Source of the DNA: Myxococcota bacterium
GTDB taxonomy: Bacteria; Myxococcota_A; UBA796; GCA-2862545
Length of the DNA: 64,000 nt
Direction of reading: 5' to 3'
Assembly: GCA_039208735.1 (NCBI GenBank)
Contig: JBCCQY010000025.1
Span: forward strand, 1-64,000
In this document: piece after piece, positions 8,187-17,614 of the stretch
Layout: every line of letters starts with the position of its first letter
Numbering within the stretch: position 1 is the stretch's first letter
Notes under the pieces: model-generated
Databases searched by the model: none
Told to the model about the DNA's origin: nothing
The model's input: the letters and a program-made list of their open reading frames with translations, nothing else
Position numbers and translations under genes: made by a program

Positions 8187-10550
8187 ATGTCCGAAATCGA
8201 CATCAATCAGGAAGTTCGGGGCCTCGGGCACTCTGTCAAGCGGACCGAGGACGGCCGGTTCATCGAGGGCCGAGGCAATTACCTCGACGACGTCAAGCTG
8301 CCGCGCATGCTCCACATGGCGATTGTCCGTTCGCAGCTGGCCCACGGCAAGATCGTGTCCATCGAGACGGAAGATGCCCTTGAGGTGCCTGGCGTGATCG
8401 CCGTGATCACGGGCAAGGACCTCGAAGCCCACAACCTCGCGTGGATGCCGACGCTGTCGGGCGACACCCAGGCGGTCATGGCCACCGATACGATCCGGTT
8501 CCAGGGCCAGGAAGTCGCCGCGGTGATCGCGGAAGACCCTTACATCGCGGCGGATGCGGCGGAGATGGTTTACGTCGACGTCGAAGAGCTGCCCGTCCTC
8601 GTCGACCCTTTCAAGTCGCTCGAACCGGGTGCGCCGATCATCCGGACGGACAAGGAAGATCAAACCGATAACGTCGCGTATCGCTGGGAGTCTGGCGATG
8701 CGGCGGCCACGGATGCTGCGTTCCAGAACGCGGCCAAGGTGGTGTCGCTCAAGACGCACTACCCACGGTGTCACCCCGCTCCGCTCGAAACGTGTGGGTG
8801 TGTGGCGCATGTCAATGGTGCGTCGGGCAAGGCAAAGATCTGGCTGACGTCGCAGGCCCCTCACGCTCACCGCACCCTGTTCGCCATCGTGGCGGGACTG
8901 CCCGAGCAGAACATCCAGGTCATCAGTCCCGATGTGGGCGGTGGGTTCGGCAACAAGGTGCCGATCTACCCGGGCTACGTCATCGCCACCGCGGCCTCCC
9001 TGCTCCTCGACCGCCCGGTCAAGTGGGTCGAATCGCGATCGGAAAACCTGATTTCGACTGGGTTTGCGCGTGACTACCACATGGATGGCCAGCTGGCGCT
9101 GGACGCCAACGGCAAGATTACCGGCCTGAAGGTCGATCTGACGTCGGACCACGGGGCCTGGTACGCCGATGCCCAGATGACGAAGACGCCCACGGGGCTC
9201 TTCCACATCGCGACGGGGTCCTATGACATTCCTGCTGCGCACCTGGTGGGCGTGGGCGCTTACACCAACAAGGCGGCAGGCGGCGTCGCCTATCGCTGCT
9301 CCTTCCGTATCACTGAGGCGAGCTTCATCATCGAGCGTCTCGCCGAGACCGCGGCCCACGAAATTGGGATGGATCCGGCAGAGTTCCGGCGTCTCAATTT
9401 CATCAGGCCCGACCAGTTCCCCTATCCGACCGCGACCGGTCTTGAGTACGACTCAGGCGATTATGAAAAGGCCCTCGACCTTTGCCTCGACAAGGTGAAG
9501 TACGCGGACCTCCGCAAGGAGCAGGCGGAGGCCCGGGCCCAGGGTCGTTTGGTGGGCATTGGTCTGGCGAGCTTCACCGAGGCGGTCGGAGCGGGTCCCG
9601 CGAAGGACTACGACATCGCCGGGCTCAAGATGATCGACTCGGCGGAACTGCGGGTGCACCCCACGGGCAAGGCCATTTTGAAGCTCGGTGTGCAAACCCA
9701 AGGTCAGGGTCACGAGACGACGTTTGCGCAGATCGTGGCGAATGAGCTTGGGATTCCGCCCGAAGACATTACCGTCATGCACGGCGATACCGACAACACC
9801 CCCTACGGATTGGGCACCTACGCGTCGCGGTCGACCCCAACGGGCGGGGCGGCCACGGCGATCGTGGCTCGGAAGCTACGTGAAAAGGCCAAGAAGATCG
9901 CGGCTCACCTGCTCGAAGCCGACGCGAACGACCTCGAGTGGACTGGCTCAACCTTCAAGGTCAAGGGCACCGATTCGTCCACGTCCATCCAGGACATCGC
10001 GTTTGCGGCCTACACGAACTTTCCCGAAGACATCGAAGCGGGCCTCGAAGGGGTGCACTACTACAACCCTCCCGCGCTGACGAATCCGTTCGGCACCTAT
10101 GCGGTCGTCGTCGAGGTCGACGCCGATACGGGCGAATGGAAGCCGCTGCGCGTGGTCGCGGTGGATGACTGCGGGATTCGCATCAACCCGATGATCGTCG
10201 ACGGCCAAATCCACGGCGGACTGACCGAGGGCTACGCCATCGCCGCGATGCAGCTCATCACGTTCGACGACGATGGAAACTGCATCGGCTCGAACTTCAT
10301 GGATTACCTGATCCCAACCGCGTGGGAAACCCCGAACTTCGAGACCTTCGAGACGGTGACGCCGTCGCCGCATCACCCCATCGGGGCGAAGGGCGTTGGA
10401 GAGTCGCCGACCGTCGGTTCGCCTGCTGCCTACGTCAACGCGGTCATCGATGCCGTTCGTCACCTCGGCGTGCGCAACATCGAAATGCCGATGACGTCGG
10501 CGCGGGTTTGGGAAGCGATTCAGGAGGCCCAAGGCCGTGTCATCGAGTGA
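8187..10550 (+). CDS. coxL: form I aerobic [MoCu] carbon monoxide dehydrogenase large subunit
   Basis: Active-site loop AYRCSFR (9288-9308), GGGFGNK, QGQGHET, GAKGVGE; gene order M-S-L. Confidence 0.95.
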   Translation: MSEIDINQEVRGLGHSVKRTEDGRFIEGRGNYLDDVKLPRMLHMAIVRSQLAHGKIVSIETEDALEVPGVIAVITGKDLEAHNLAWMPTLSGDTQAVMATDTIRFQGQEVAAVIAEDPYIAADAAEMVYVDVEELPVLVDPFKSLEPGAPIIRTDKEDQTDNVAYRWESGDAAATDAAFQNAAKVVSLKTHYPRCHPAPLETCGCVAHVNGASGKAKIWLTSQAPHAHRTLFAIVAGLPEQNIQVISPDVGGGFGNKVPIYPGYVIATAASLLLDRPVKWVESRSENLISTGFARDYHMDGQLALDANGKITGLKVDLTSDHGAWYADAQMTKTPTGLFHIATGSYDIPAAHLVGVGAYTNKAAGGVAYRCSFRITEASFIIERLAETAAHEIGMDPAEFRRLNFIRPDQFPYPTATGLEYDSGDYEKALDLCLDKVKYADLRKEQAEARAQGRLVGIGLASFTEAVGAGPAKDYDIAGLKMIDSAELRVHPTGKAILKLGVQTQGQGHETTFAQIVANELGIPPEDITVMHGDTDNTPYGLGTYASRSTPTGGAATAIVARKLREKAKKIAAHLLEADANDLEWTGSTFKVKGTDSSTSIQDIAFAAYTNFPEDIEAGLEGVHYYNPPALTNPFGTYAVVVEVDADTGEWKPLRVVAVDDCGIRINPMIVDGQIHGGLTEGYAIAAMQLITFDDDGNCIGSNFMDYLIPTAWETPNFETFETVTPSPHHPIGAKGVGESPTVGSPAAYVNAVIDAVRHLGVRNIEMPMTSARVWEAIQEAQGRVIE

Positions 10551-11403
10551 TTCCGACCATCGCCGCTTCCTCGAGCCCCTCGAGGTGGAGGCGCTCGCCC
10601 ACACCCTCGCCGAGCAAGGTGAGCCGCACGTGCTCGCCACGGTGGTGTGGGTTCGTCCGCCGTCTTCGGCCCGCACCGGTCAAAAGGCGGTGCTTGGACC
10701 CAACGGTTTTGTCGCCGGTTGGGTCGGAGGCAGCTGTGCCCAACCCATCGTGGTCCGTGAGGCGTTGAACGTGTTGCGGGACGGGGCGAGCCGGCTGGTG
10801 ACGATCGGTCGGGATGGAGAGTTCGCAGACGTTGGCTACGGACACGTCGCGGACCGCATGACGTGTGGTTCTCAAGGTTCCATGCAGGTGTTCTTGGAGG
10901 CTCGGATGCCCCGCACTCGACTTGTCGTGGTGGGCGATGCACCAGCGGCCGAGGCCCTGCTCACGATGGGGCGGTCGATTGGCTACGAGACCGTGTCGGT
11001 GCACCGAGACGGCGAAGGCTCCGCCAATGCGGACCATCGTACATCGAGCCTCGATCCCCTCGAATGGCCGGTCGATCGCCACACGTACGTCGTGGTGGCC
11101 ACCCGCAATCAGTACGATCGAGACGCGGTGAAGGCTGCGCTCGATGCGTCTGCTCCCTACGTGGCGGTCGTCTGCTCTCGCAAGCGCGCCGACGGGCTGC
11201 GTTCGCATTTGAAGAAGGCCGAGTACGGCCCTGAACAACTCGCGGCGCTTCATGCGCCGGCCGGCCTCGACTTTGGGTCGCTCGCCGAGCGCGAGATTGC
11301 CGTCGCGATCCTAGCCCAGATCGTCGAACTCAAGTCCCGGGCTTCTCGTCCCGAAGTCGCGATGGACGCGACCGAGGACTCCGTCACCGCCGACGCGGAT
11401 TGA
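10537..11403 (+). CDS. XdhC family (CoxF/CoxI-like) CODH maturation protein
   Basis: ATVV..PSSA, GWVGGSCAQP, MTCGSQG, APAGLD..EIAVAILAQ; overlaps end of coxL; start uncertain. Confidence 0.85.
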   Translation: MSSSDSDHRRFLEPLEVEALAHTLAEQGEPHVLATVVWVRPPSSARTGQKAVLGPNGFVAGWVGGSCAQPIVVREALNVLRDGASRLVTIGRDGEFADVGYGHVADRMTCGSQGSMQVFLEARMPRTRLVVVGDAPAAEALLTMGRSIGYETVSVHRDGEGSANADHRTSSLDPLEWPVDRHTYVVVATRNQYDRDAVKAALDASAPYVAVVCSRKRADGLRSHLKKAEYGPEQLAALHAPAGLDFGSLAEREIAVAILAQIVELKSRASRPEVAMDATEDSVTADAD

Positions 11404-11424
11404 CCTCCATCAAGAGAGCAGATC

Positions 11425-12045
11425 ATGATCCTCAACAACGCGTTCGAAGTGTCGGCTCCTCCCGGGGCTGTCTTCGATTTCATGATGGACCCCGAACGGG
11501 TCGTTCCCACCATCCCGGGTGCCACCTTCAAGGGAGCCCCGGACGAGGACCACTGGTCCGCCGAAGTGAAGGCGAACTTGGGTCCCATGTCGCTCAAATT
11601 CAAGGGTGATGTCGAGGTCGTGAAGCGCGACCGCGACAACTACGACATGGCGCTCAAGGGCAAGGGTCGTGAGGTCACGGGCAAAGGGAAGGCGTCGGCC
11701 GACATCAGCACCAAGCTCATCCCGCAGGATGGCGGGGGCACCCGCGTCGAGATCACGACGGACCTCTCGATTGTGGGCAAGGCTGCGCAGTTCGGAGGGC
11801 CGCTGATCGAAGACGTCGCGGCCAAGTTCACCGAGGACTTTGCCTCCAACATGGAGCGTGCGCTCGCCGCCGAGACCAAGGTGGCCGCGGCCGAGGCCGA
11901 GGGCGATGAAGCGGCGGCCGAAGCCGCCAAGGAAGAGCTAGCCGAGGTGCATGCTGAAGCCGCGAAGCCGGTCAGTGGCATTGCGCTCTTCTTCCAGTTG
12001 ATCGCTCGCTTCTTCCGCAACCTGTTCGGCGGCCAGTCCGCTTAG
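11425..12045 (+). CDS. coxG: CoxG (SRPBCC/START-fold) CODH membrane-associated subunit
   Basis: DPERVVPTIPGA, GKAAQFGG, Ala/Glu-rich linker, C-terminal amphipathic/hydrophobic helix. Confidence 0.9.
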   Translation: MILNNAFEVSAPPGAVFDFMMDPERVVPTIPGATFKGAPDEDHWSAEVKANLGPMSLKFKGDVEVVKRDRDNYDMALKGKGREVTGKGKASADISTKLIPQDGGGTRVEITTDLSIVGKAAQFGGPLIEDVAAKFTEDFASNMERALAAETKVAAAEAEGDEAAAEAAKEELAEVHAEAAKPVSGIALFFQLIARFFRNLFGGQSA

Positions 12046-12061
12046 GCGCTATGGCAGGCCC

Positions 12062-12895
12062 ATGACGCCCCATGACCTCGTCGCGGCTGCGCAGGGCCTG
12101 ACTCAGACCTCGGACGGGCTCTGGACGAGTTCCTCCGAGGTTGACGTGTCGTACCCCGAAGGGGATCACGACCAGCTGGTGAAGGTCGAAGATCGCTCGT
12201 TTTGGTTCGACCATCGCAATCGCTGTCTTGCCGAGTGGGTGGCCCAACATCCGCCAGCGGGACCGGTGCTGGATGTGGGGGCGGGCAATGGTTTCGTGAC
12301 CCGAGGGTTGGCGGCCGCGGGCATCGCGTCAGTGGCCCTCGAACCCTCCGAAGCCGGGGCCCGCAACGCACAAGCCCGAGGACTCGACCCCGTCATTTGG
12401 GCCACCCTCGAAGACGCGCAGTTTCCCCCGCACAGCGTGCCTGCGGTGGGGCTATTCGACGTGCTCGAACACGTCGAGGACCGGCGGGCTTTATTGGCTC
12501 ACCTGCATTCCCGCTTGCAACCGGACGGCCGGGTGTATCTCACGGTGCCCGCCCTTCGGTGGCTCTGGTCCAGCGAGGACGTGAGAGCGGGGCATTATCT
12601 ACGGTATACGGGCCGAACCCTGCGGGCCGAACTCGTAGCGGGCGGCTTTCGGGTCGAAGCAATGCGCCGGTTCTTCAGCTTCCTCGTCCCACCGGTCTTG
12701 CTCGCCCGGGTCGTGGCGGAGCGACTCGGCTTGCGCCAAGACGGCCCTGAAGCGCTTGCCAACGACCTGGCGCCGCCCCACCCCTGGGTTCGGGCCGCGG
12801 TCGACCTCGTCGGGGCCGCCGAGCGCCGCATGTTGGGGCTTGGCCTTCCCCTGCCCTTGGGCACCAGCCTGTTTGCCGTGGCCACGCCCCGCTGA
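12062..12895 (+). CDS. class I SAM-dependent methyltransferase
   Basis: VLDVGAGNG, FDVLEH, TVPA.WLWS.ED..AGHY.RY. Confidence 0.88.
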   Translation: MTPHDLVAAAQGLTQTSDGLWTSSSEVDVSYPEGDHDQLVKVEDRSFWFDHRNRCLAEWVAQHPPAGPVLDVGAGNGFVTRGLAAAGIASVALEPSEAGARNAQARGLDPVIWATLEDAQFPPHSVPAVGLFDVLEHVEDRRALLAHLHSRLQPDGRVYLTVPALRWLWSSEDVRAGHYLRYTGRTLRAELVAGGFRVEAMRRFFSFLVPPVLLARVVAERLGLRQDGPEALANDLAPPHPWVRAAVDLVGAAERRMLGLGLPLPLGTSLFAVATPR

Positions 12896-12896
12896 C

Positions 12897-13706
12897 CTAC
12901 CCCTTGGTCATGGGGCGGCCCGTGCCTCCTCGGAGCTGCATGACGATCTCCGAGAGAATGGACATGGCGATCTCCTTGGGCGTTTCGGCCTCGAGTTCGA
13001 GTCCTACGGGCGAGGTGACGGTAGCGATGGCCGCGTCCGATATTCCCGCCTCCCGGAGGCGCCCCGCGGTTACTCGCCAACGTCGACGCGAGCCGATGAG
13101 GCCGAGGTACCGTGGTTTGGTCGTCAAAAGAGTGGGCAAACCACCCAGATCCACATGCACGCTGCGAGTGGTCAACACCACAAATGTGGCGTTGTCGATG
13201 CGGATTCTTTCGGGCACCTCGGACATGTCGCACACCACGTAGGCATCGGCCCCAGGCGCCGCATCGGGCGTGCACAACTCCGGCCGGTCGTCGGTCAAGG
13301 TGACGTCGAACTCGAGCCAATGGGCGAGGGCGACCACCTCGCGTCCCACATGGCCCGCGCCGATCACCACCACTCGCGGCGCGGGCCGGATGGCCTCCAC
13401 CATCACCTCAACCTCTCCTCCGCACACGCCGACGTCGCCCCGTTTGGGGTCGGAAAAGGCGTACTGAAGCGTCTTCGTGGTCTCGTGGCCGTTGAGCAGC
13501 GCGATGGCCTCGGCGATCACCTGCGCTTCCATCTCGCCGCCGCCCACCGAGCCCGCCGTGGTCCCGTCTGGGTGGACGAGCATGCGGGCGGGGGGGCGGC
13601 GAGGGACCGATCCCCGGGTTCGAACCACGGTGGCCACCGCCACCGGGCGCCCCGCGGCGACAAGGTCCGCTACCTGCTGCCATACGTCCCGTGCGTTCGT
13701 TCGCAT
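12897..13706 (-). CDS. XdhC family protein (full-length CoxI + Rossmann domains)
   Basis: Start reassigned to ATG 13706 (MRTNARD); GSVPR, GSVGGGEME, CGG, GAGHVG, YLGLIGS, PVGL..ETPKEIA. Confidence 0.88.
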   Translation of the reverse strand: MRTNARDVWQQVADLVAAGRPVAVATVVRTRGSVPRRPPARMLVHPDGTTAGSVGGGEMEAQVIAEAIALLNGHETTKTLQYAFSDPKRGDVGVCGGEVEVMVEAIRPAPRVVVIGAGHVGREVVALAHWLEFDVTLTDDRPELCTPDAAPGADAYVVCDMSEVPERIRIDNATFVVLTTRSVHVDLGGLPTLLTTKPRYLGLIGSRRRWRVTAGRLREAGISDAAIATVTSPVGLELEAETPKEIAMSILSEIVMQLRGGTGRPMTKG

Positions 13707-13745
13707 GACCCCGTACAATACCCTGCTTGAACACCCTGGTGACCC

Positions 13746-14933
13746 ATGATTTCCGCCGATGAGGCCCGTCGTCTGGCGACCGAAGGCCTCGTTCCTCTCG
13801 ATGCCGAGACCGTCCCCCTTCATGAGGCCCTGCATCGCGCTGCGGCTCGCGACATCGCGGCGACTCGCCCGTTGCCTGGCTTCCACAACAGCGCGATGGA
13901 TGGCTACGCGGTGCGCCATGCCGACCTCGCGGGGGATGCGCCCCGATTGCCCATCGGAATGAAGATCTCCGCGGGGGATGCCGCGGATCGACAGCTCCCG
14001 CCCGGCACGGTGGCACGGATCTTCACGGGAGCGCCCTTGCCCCAGGGCGCCGACACCGTGATCATGCAGGAGGATGCGGAGACGGACGGCCATGAGGTGG
14101 TGTTCCGCAACGTGCCGCCACTCGCGAGCCACGTGAGGTACGCCGGCGAGGACATCGCGGTGGGGGAACCCGTGGTGGCCCGAGGGCAGACGCTGCATGC
14201 CGGTCGCATCGCAATGTTGGCCGCTCAAGGCCACCCCGAGGTGTCGGTCTACCGCAGGCCTCGGGTCGCCATCGTGCCAAACGGTGACGAGCTGGTGCCC
14301 ATCGGAGACGCGGTCGGATTTGGCCAGGTCCCCAACACGAACAGCCCCATGCTTGCGGCACAGGTGAGGAACGCGGGAGGAGAGCCTTGGCCGTTCGCCC
14401 CGGTGCGCGATGATCTGGCGGCGATCACGGAGGCCATGCGAGAGGCCGCGGCGGGCGCCGATCTGGTGTTGACCACCGGCGGCATGTCCGTGGGCGACTT
14501 CGACCACGCTCGTGATGCGTTGCGGGCCGATGGTGAGCTGTCGTTCTACAAGGTCGCGGTGAAACCCGGAAAACCCTTGGGGCTAGGTCGCCTGGAAGGT
14601 ACGCCAATCCTGGGCCTGCCTGGCAATCCCGTCTCCACGTTCGTAGGGTTCGAACTCTTTGGTCGGCCGATGGTGCGCACGATCGGCGGGTTCACGGTGA
14701 CGGATCGTCCTGCATTCCAGGCCGTGCTCCAGCGCTCCGTGCCCCAGAACCGGACGCGTCCCGAATACGTACGTTGCGACATTCTGCCCGATGGAACCCT
14801 GCAACCTTGGCCTAAGCAGGGCAGCAGCATCATCAGCTCATTGCTCCATTCAGACGCACTCGCAAAGATCCCGATGGGCGAAGGAACGATCGAGGCGGGA
14901 ACGCTGGTCGAGGCGATCGATCTCCGACGTTGA
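13746..14933 (+). CDS. moeA: molybdopterin molybdotransferase MoeA
   Basis: NSAMDGYA, RIFTGA, GDEL, TGGMSVGDFD, KPGKP, LPGNPVS. Confidence 0.95.
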   Translation: MISADEARRLATEGLVPLDAETVPLHEALHRAAARDIAATRPLPGFHNSAMDGYAVRHADLAGDAPRLPIGMKISAGDAADRQLPPGTVARIFTGAPLPQGADTVIMQEDAETDGHEVVFRNVPPLASHVRYAGEDIAVGEPVVARGQTLHAGRIAMLAAQGHPEVSVYRRPRVAIVPNGDELVPIGDAVGFGQVPNTNSPMLAAQVRNAGGEPWPFAPVRDDLAAITEAMREAAAGADLVLTTGGMSVGDFDHARDALRADGELSFYKVAVKPGKPLGLGRLEGTPILGLPGNPVSTFVGFELFGRPMVRTIGGFTVTDRPAFQAVLQRSVPQNRTRPEYVRCDILPDGTLQPWPKQGSSIISSLLHSDALAKIPMGEGTIEAGTLVEAIDLRR

Positions 14934-14940
14934 GGGCGCG

Positions 14941-15591
14941 GTGATTGCGGGGGGCGCGTCCCGTCGCATGGGCTTCGACAAGGCCCGTGCGAGCGTCGAC
15001 GGCTGGCCCATGGCGCCAAGCGTGGCCGAGGCGCTGCGAGCGGTGTGCCGTCGGGTATCGTTGGTACGTCGGGGTCCGCCCGATGGTTATCCGTGGCGCT
15101 GGCGCGATGGCACCGCGATCGAGGTGGTTCGTGAGGCGGATCAGGGGTCGCGTCATCCCCTCGTCGGGGTGGCGACGGCGCTGGCGCACGCCTCCTCACC
15201 CTGGGTGCTGGTGGCCCCTTGCGATGGCTTGGGACTCGAGGAGGTCGGCCTTCGCGCCTTGGTGGAGGCAGCTCCGTCGGTGGCCAGCGAAGGGGATCGG
15301 CTCCATCCCTTGATCGGGGTGTTTCCTGCTTCTCACGCCCCACGGGCCGCGGCGCTGGCCCAGGCAGGACAGGCCGCGCGTGCGTTTGTCGAGCCCTTCA
15401 ACCGGGTTGCCCTGTCCGCGGTACGCAACGTGAATCGACCCGAAGATGGCATCGATGACGTGCATGCGTTGCTCGAGGCGTGGGGGCCACTGGCGCCCGA
15501 TGCCCAACGGCGTGCGCTTCGGGCCGAGGCGTACCGGCGGCTCGAGGCCCGTGGCGCCTGGATACCTTGGGCGCCGGGGGAGGCTCCATGA
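14941..15591 (+). CDS. mobA: molybdenum cofactor guanylyltransferase MobA
   Basis: IAGGASRRMGFDKA, PLVGV, APCD, HPL, NVNRPED; GTG start uncertain. Confidence 0.8.
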   Translation: MIAGGASRRMGFDKARASVDGWPMAPSVAEALRAVCRRVSLVRRGPPDGYPWRWRDGTAIEVVREADQGSRHPLVGVATALAHASSPWVLVAPCDGLGLEEVGLRALVEAAPSVASEGDRLHPLIGVFPASHAPRAAALAQAGQAARAFVEPFNRVALSAVRNVNRPEDGIDDVHALLEAWGPLAPDAQRRALRAEAYRRLEARGAWIPWAPGEAP

Positions 15592-16601
15592 GTGTCGAGG
15601 AACAGCACGCCTTGGGCGGATCGGGCATTCAGGCCTTGGTCATCGTGGTCGCTTCGAGTCGCACTTGTGAGGATGATTCAACTGGCTCGTTCATCGTCGA
15701 GACCCTCGGCAAGGCCGGCCATTCGCTGGTCCAACGTCGCGTTGTGGCTAACGATCGGGGGGCCATCGCCGCGGCCGTGCAAGATGCAGTGCGCGAGGGA
15801 AACCGGCTGGTCATCACAACGGGGGGCACAGGCATCTCTGGTCGAGACGTCACACCCGAAGCCCTTGAACCACTGTTCCGCAAATCCCTCCCCGGATTTG
15901 GCGAGATCTTCCGGAGGCGATCCTGGGCCGAAGTGGGATCGACGACGTTGGGTTCGCGAGCCACGGCGGGCATCGTAGGCAGCAGCCTGGTCTTTGCGCT
16001 GCCAGAGTCGGCCCCGGCGTGCGCTCTGGCGCTGAACGAGCTGATCCTTCCTGGAGCCACCAAACTGCTCGAGCAGATCGACAACGAGCCGCTTGCGGAA
16101 ACGCCTCCGCCCGCGGCGGCAGGCTGGGAGCGAACCGTCGTGGATGGCACGGTGGAGCGTGGCATCCGGTTGCCCGTACCGTCGGCCTTGCAGGGGTTTG
16201 GCCCTGCTGAACAGGTGCTTGCGCAGTCGGGTGAGGGCGGACGCCTCACCATTGCAGGTCAGGCCTATACGTTGTGGGGCTTTCCCGATTTGGGGCCCCA
16301 GAGCAAGGTGCTCGCGATCGGGACGGGTCAGGCCGTTGAAATCGTAGCCTTGCACCGTCACCATCCGACGGGCATTGGTTCGAGTTCGTGGTGGACGCCG
16401 CCCGGTGATTTGGACGCACGTGTCGACGCGGTAGTGGGGCAGCCCCTTCCCGTTCCCGGCATGTGGTTTGGTTGCACGAGTGAGGCGGTCTACGTCGAGT
16501 CCGATGGGCGAATCCTTCGCTTCGACGGGCGGCGGACCACCGAGATGGGTACCCCCAAGCAGGCGCTCGCCACGCTGATGCTGGAGCTTTCTCGACGATG
16601 A
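15588..16601 (+). CDS. moaB: MoaB/MogA molybdopterin adenylyltransferase domain plus C-terminal domain of unknown function
   Basis: Start reassigned to ATG 15588 (ATGA overlap with mobA); TTGGTG..RDVTPEA, PGFGEIFR, SRATAG. Confidence 0.8.
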   Translation: MSVEEQHALGGSGIQALVIVVASSRTCEDDSTGSFIVETLGKAGHSLVQRRVVANDRGAIAAAVQDAVREGNRLVITTGGTGISGRDVTPEALEPLFRKSLPGFGEIFRRRSWAEVGSTTLGSRATAGIVGSSLVFALPESAPACALALNELILPGATKLLEQIDNEPLAETPPPAAAGWERTVVDGTVERGIRLPVPSALQGFGPAEQVLAQSGEGGRLTIAGQAYTLWGFPDLGPQSKVLAIGTGQAVEIVALHRHHPTGIGSSSWWTPPGDLDARVDAVVGQPLPVPGMWFGCTSEAVYVESDGRILRFDGRRTTEMGTPKQALATLMLELSRR

Positions 16602-17608
16602 TGGATCCCGATTGCCGCGCGCCCCTGCAGTTGCTGACGTGTGAAGGCGCACGAACTCTTGCCAACGCGGTTTCCGACCGTCTGTCGGTTCCCTTGACCC
16701 CTGCAAAGGAGATCTGGTTCTCCTGTGGCGAAGCCAAGGTGGTCATCGGAGCCAATGTGCGAGGGTGCGACTGCTACGTCTTCCAGCAGCCCGTCCAGCC
16801 GGAATCGCCTCGTTCGATCTACGATCACACGATGGCCTTGCTCCATGCGGTGGATGCTGCACGCTGCGCCGATGCGGACCGCATCACGGTCGTGGTGCCG
16901 TACCTGCCGGGCACGCGGCAAGACAAGCGGAAAGGGCGCGTGCGTGAAGGCGTGACAACGGGCCTCCTCGCCCGGGTACTGTCGTCGGCCGGGGTCGACA
17001 TGGTGATCACCGTCGAGCCACACAACGAAGCCATCTACGGCTGCTACGACCCGTCTCGATGTGTGCTTGAGTCGGTGGGGGTCACGCGGCCCTTCTCCCG
17101 CTTCTTGAAAGACCAAGGGCTCGTCGGGGATGTCGTGGCTTCGACAGACGTAGGCGGTCTCGAGATGGCGCGGAGCTACGCCGAAGAACTCGGCAAGCCC
17201 ATCGCGGCCCTGTCGAAGGAACGGGACTACAGCCGCATCAACACCGTGGTGTCGACGTCCGTCATCGGCGATGTTCGTGGGCGGTCCGTCCTTATCGTTG
17301 ATGATATCGTCGATACTGCGGGATCCGTGGTTTCAGCCGTTCATTCCCTTTGGGAGGAAGGAGCGACCAGCGTGATCATCGCTGCGGTGCACATGCTGCT
17401 TTCGGGACCCGCCTGGGAACGACTGCATGGGCTTGCGGACGCCGCGCGGGCCCGTGGGGTTGAGTTTCGGGTGGTGGGGACCAGTTCGGTGCCCCATTGC
17501 GACCCGCCGAGCTGGTACGCGACGTTTGGCCTCGAACCCCTGATTGCTCAGGTGATCCGCTCCGTGAACAACCGAGGGTCGGTCCGGGCCATCGAGCAAA
17601 TCGACTGA
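16598..17608 (+). CDS. prs: ribose-phosphate pyrophosphokinase
   Basis: FSCGEAKV, VPYLPGTRQDK, DVGG, PRPP-binding LIVDDIVDTAGS. Confidence 0.9.
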   Translation: MMDPDCRAPLQLLTCEGARTLANAVSDRLSVPLTPAKEIWFSCGEAKVVIGANVRGCDCYVFQQPVQPESPRSIYDHTMALLHAVDAARCADADRITVVVPYLPGTRQDKRKGRVREGVTTGLLARVLSSAGVDMVITVEPHNEAIYGCYDPSRCVLESVGVTRPFSRFLKDQGLVGDVVASTDVGGLEMARSYAEELGKPIAALSKERDYSRINTVVSTSVIGDVRGRSVLIVDDIVDTAGSVVSAVHSLWEEGATSVIIAAVHMLLSGPAWERLHGLADAARARGVEFRVVGTSSVPHCDPPSWYATFGLEPLIAQVIRSVNNRGSVRAIEQID

Positions 17609-17614
17609 GGCGGC

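Noticed and set aside
8187..10550. Xanthine dehydrogenase or form II CoxL
   Set aside because: The AYRCSFR motif and M-S-L gene order indicate form I CODH.
6803..12045. cox cluster as a mobile genomic island
   Set aside because: No integrase, transposase, tRNA or flanking direct repeats were seen, and any compositional difference could not be quantified by eye.
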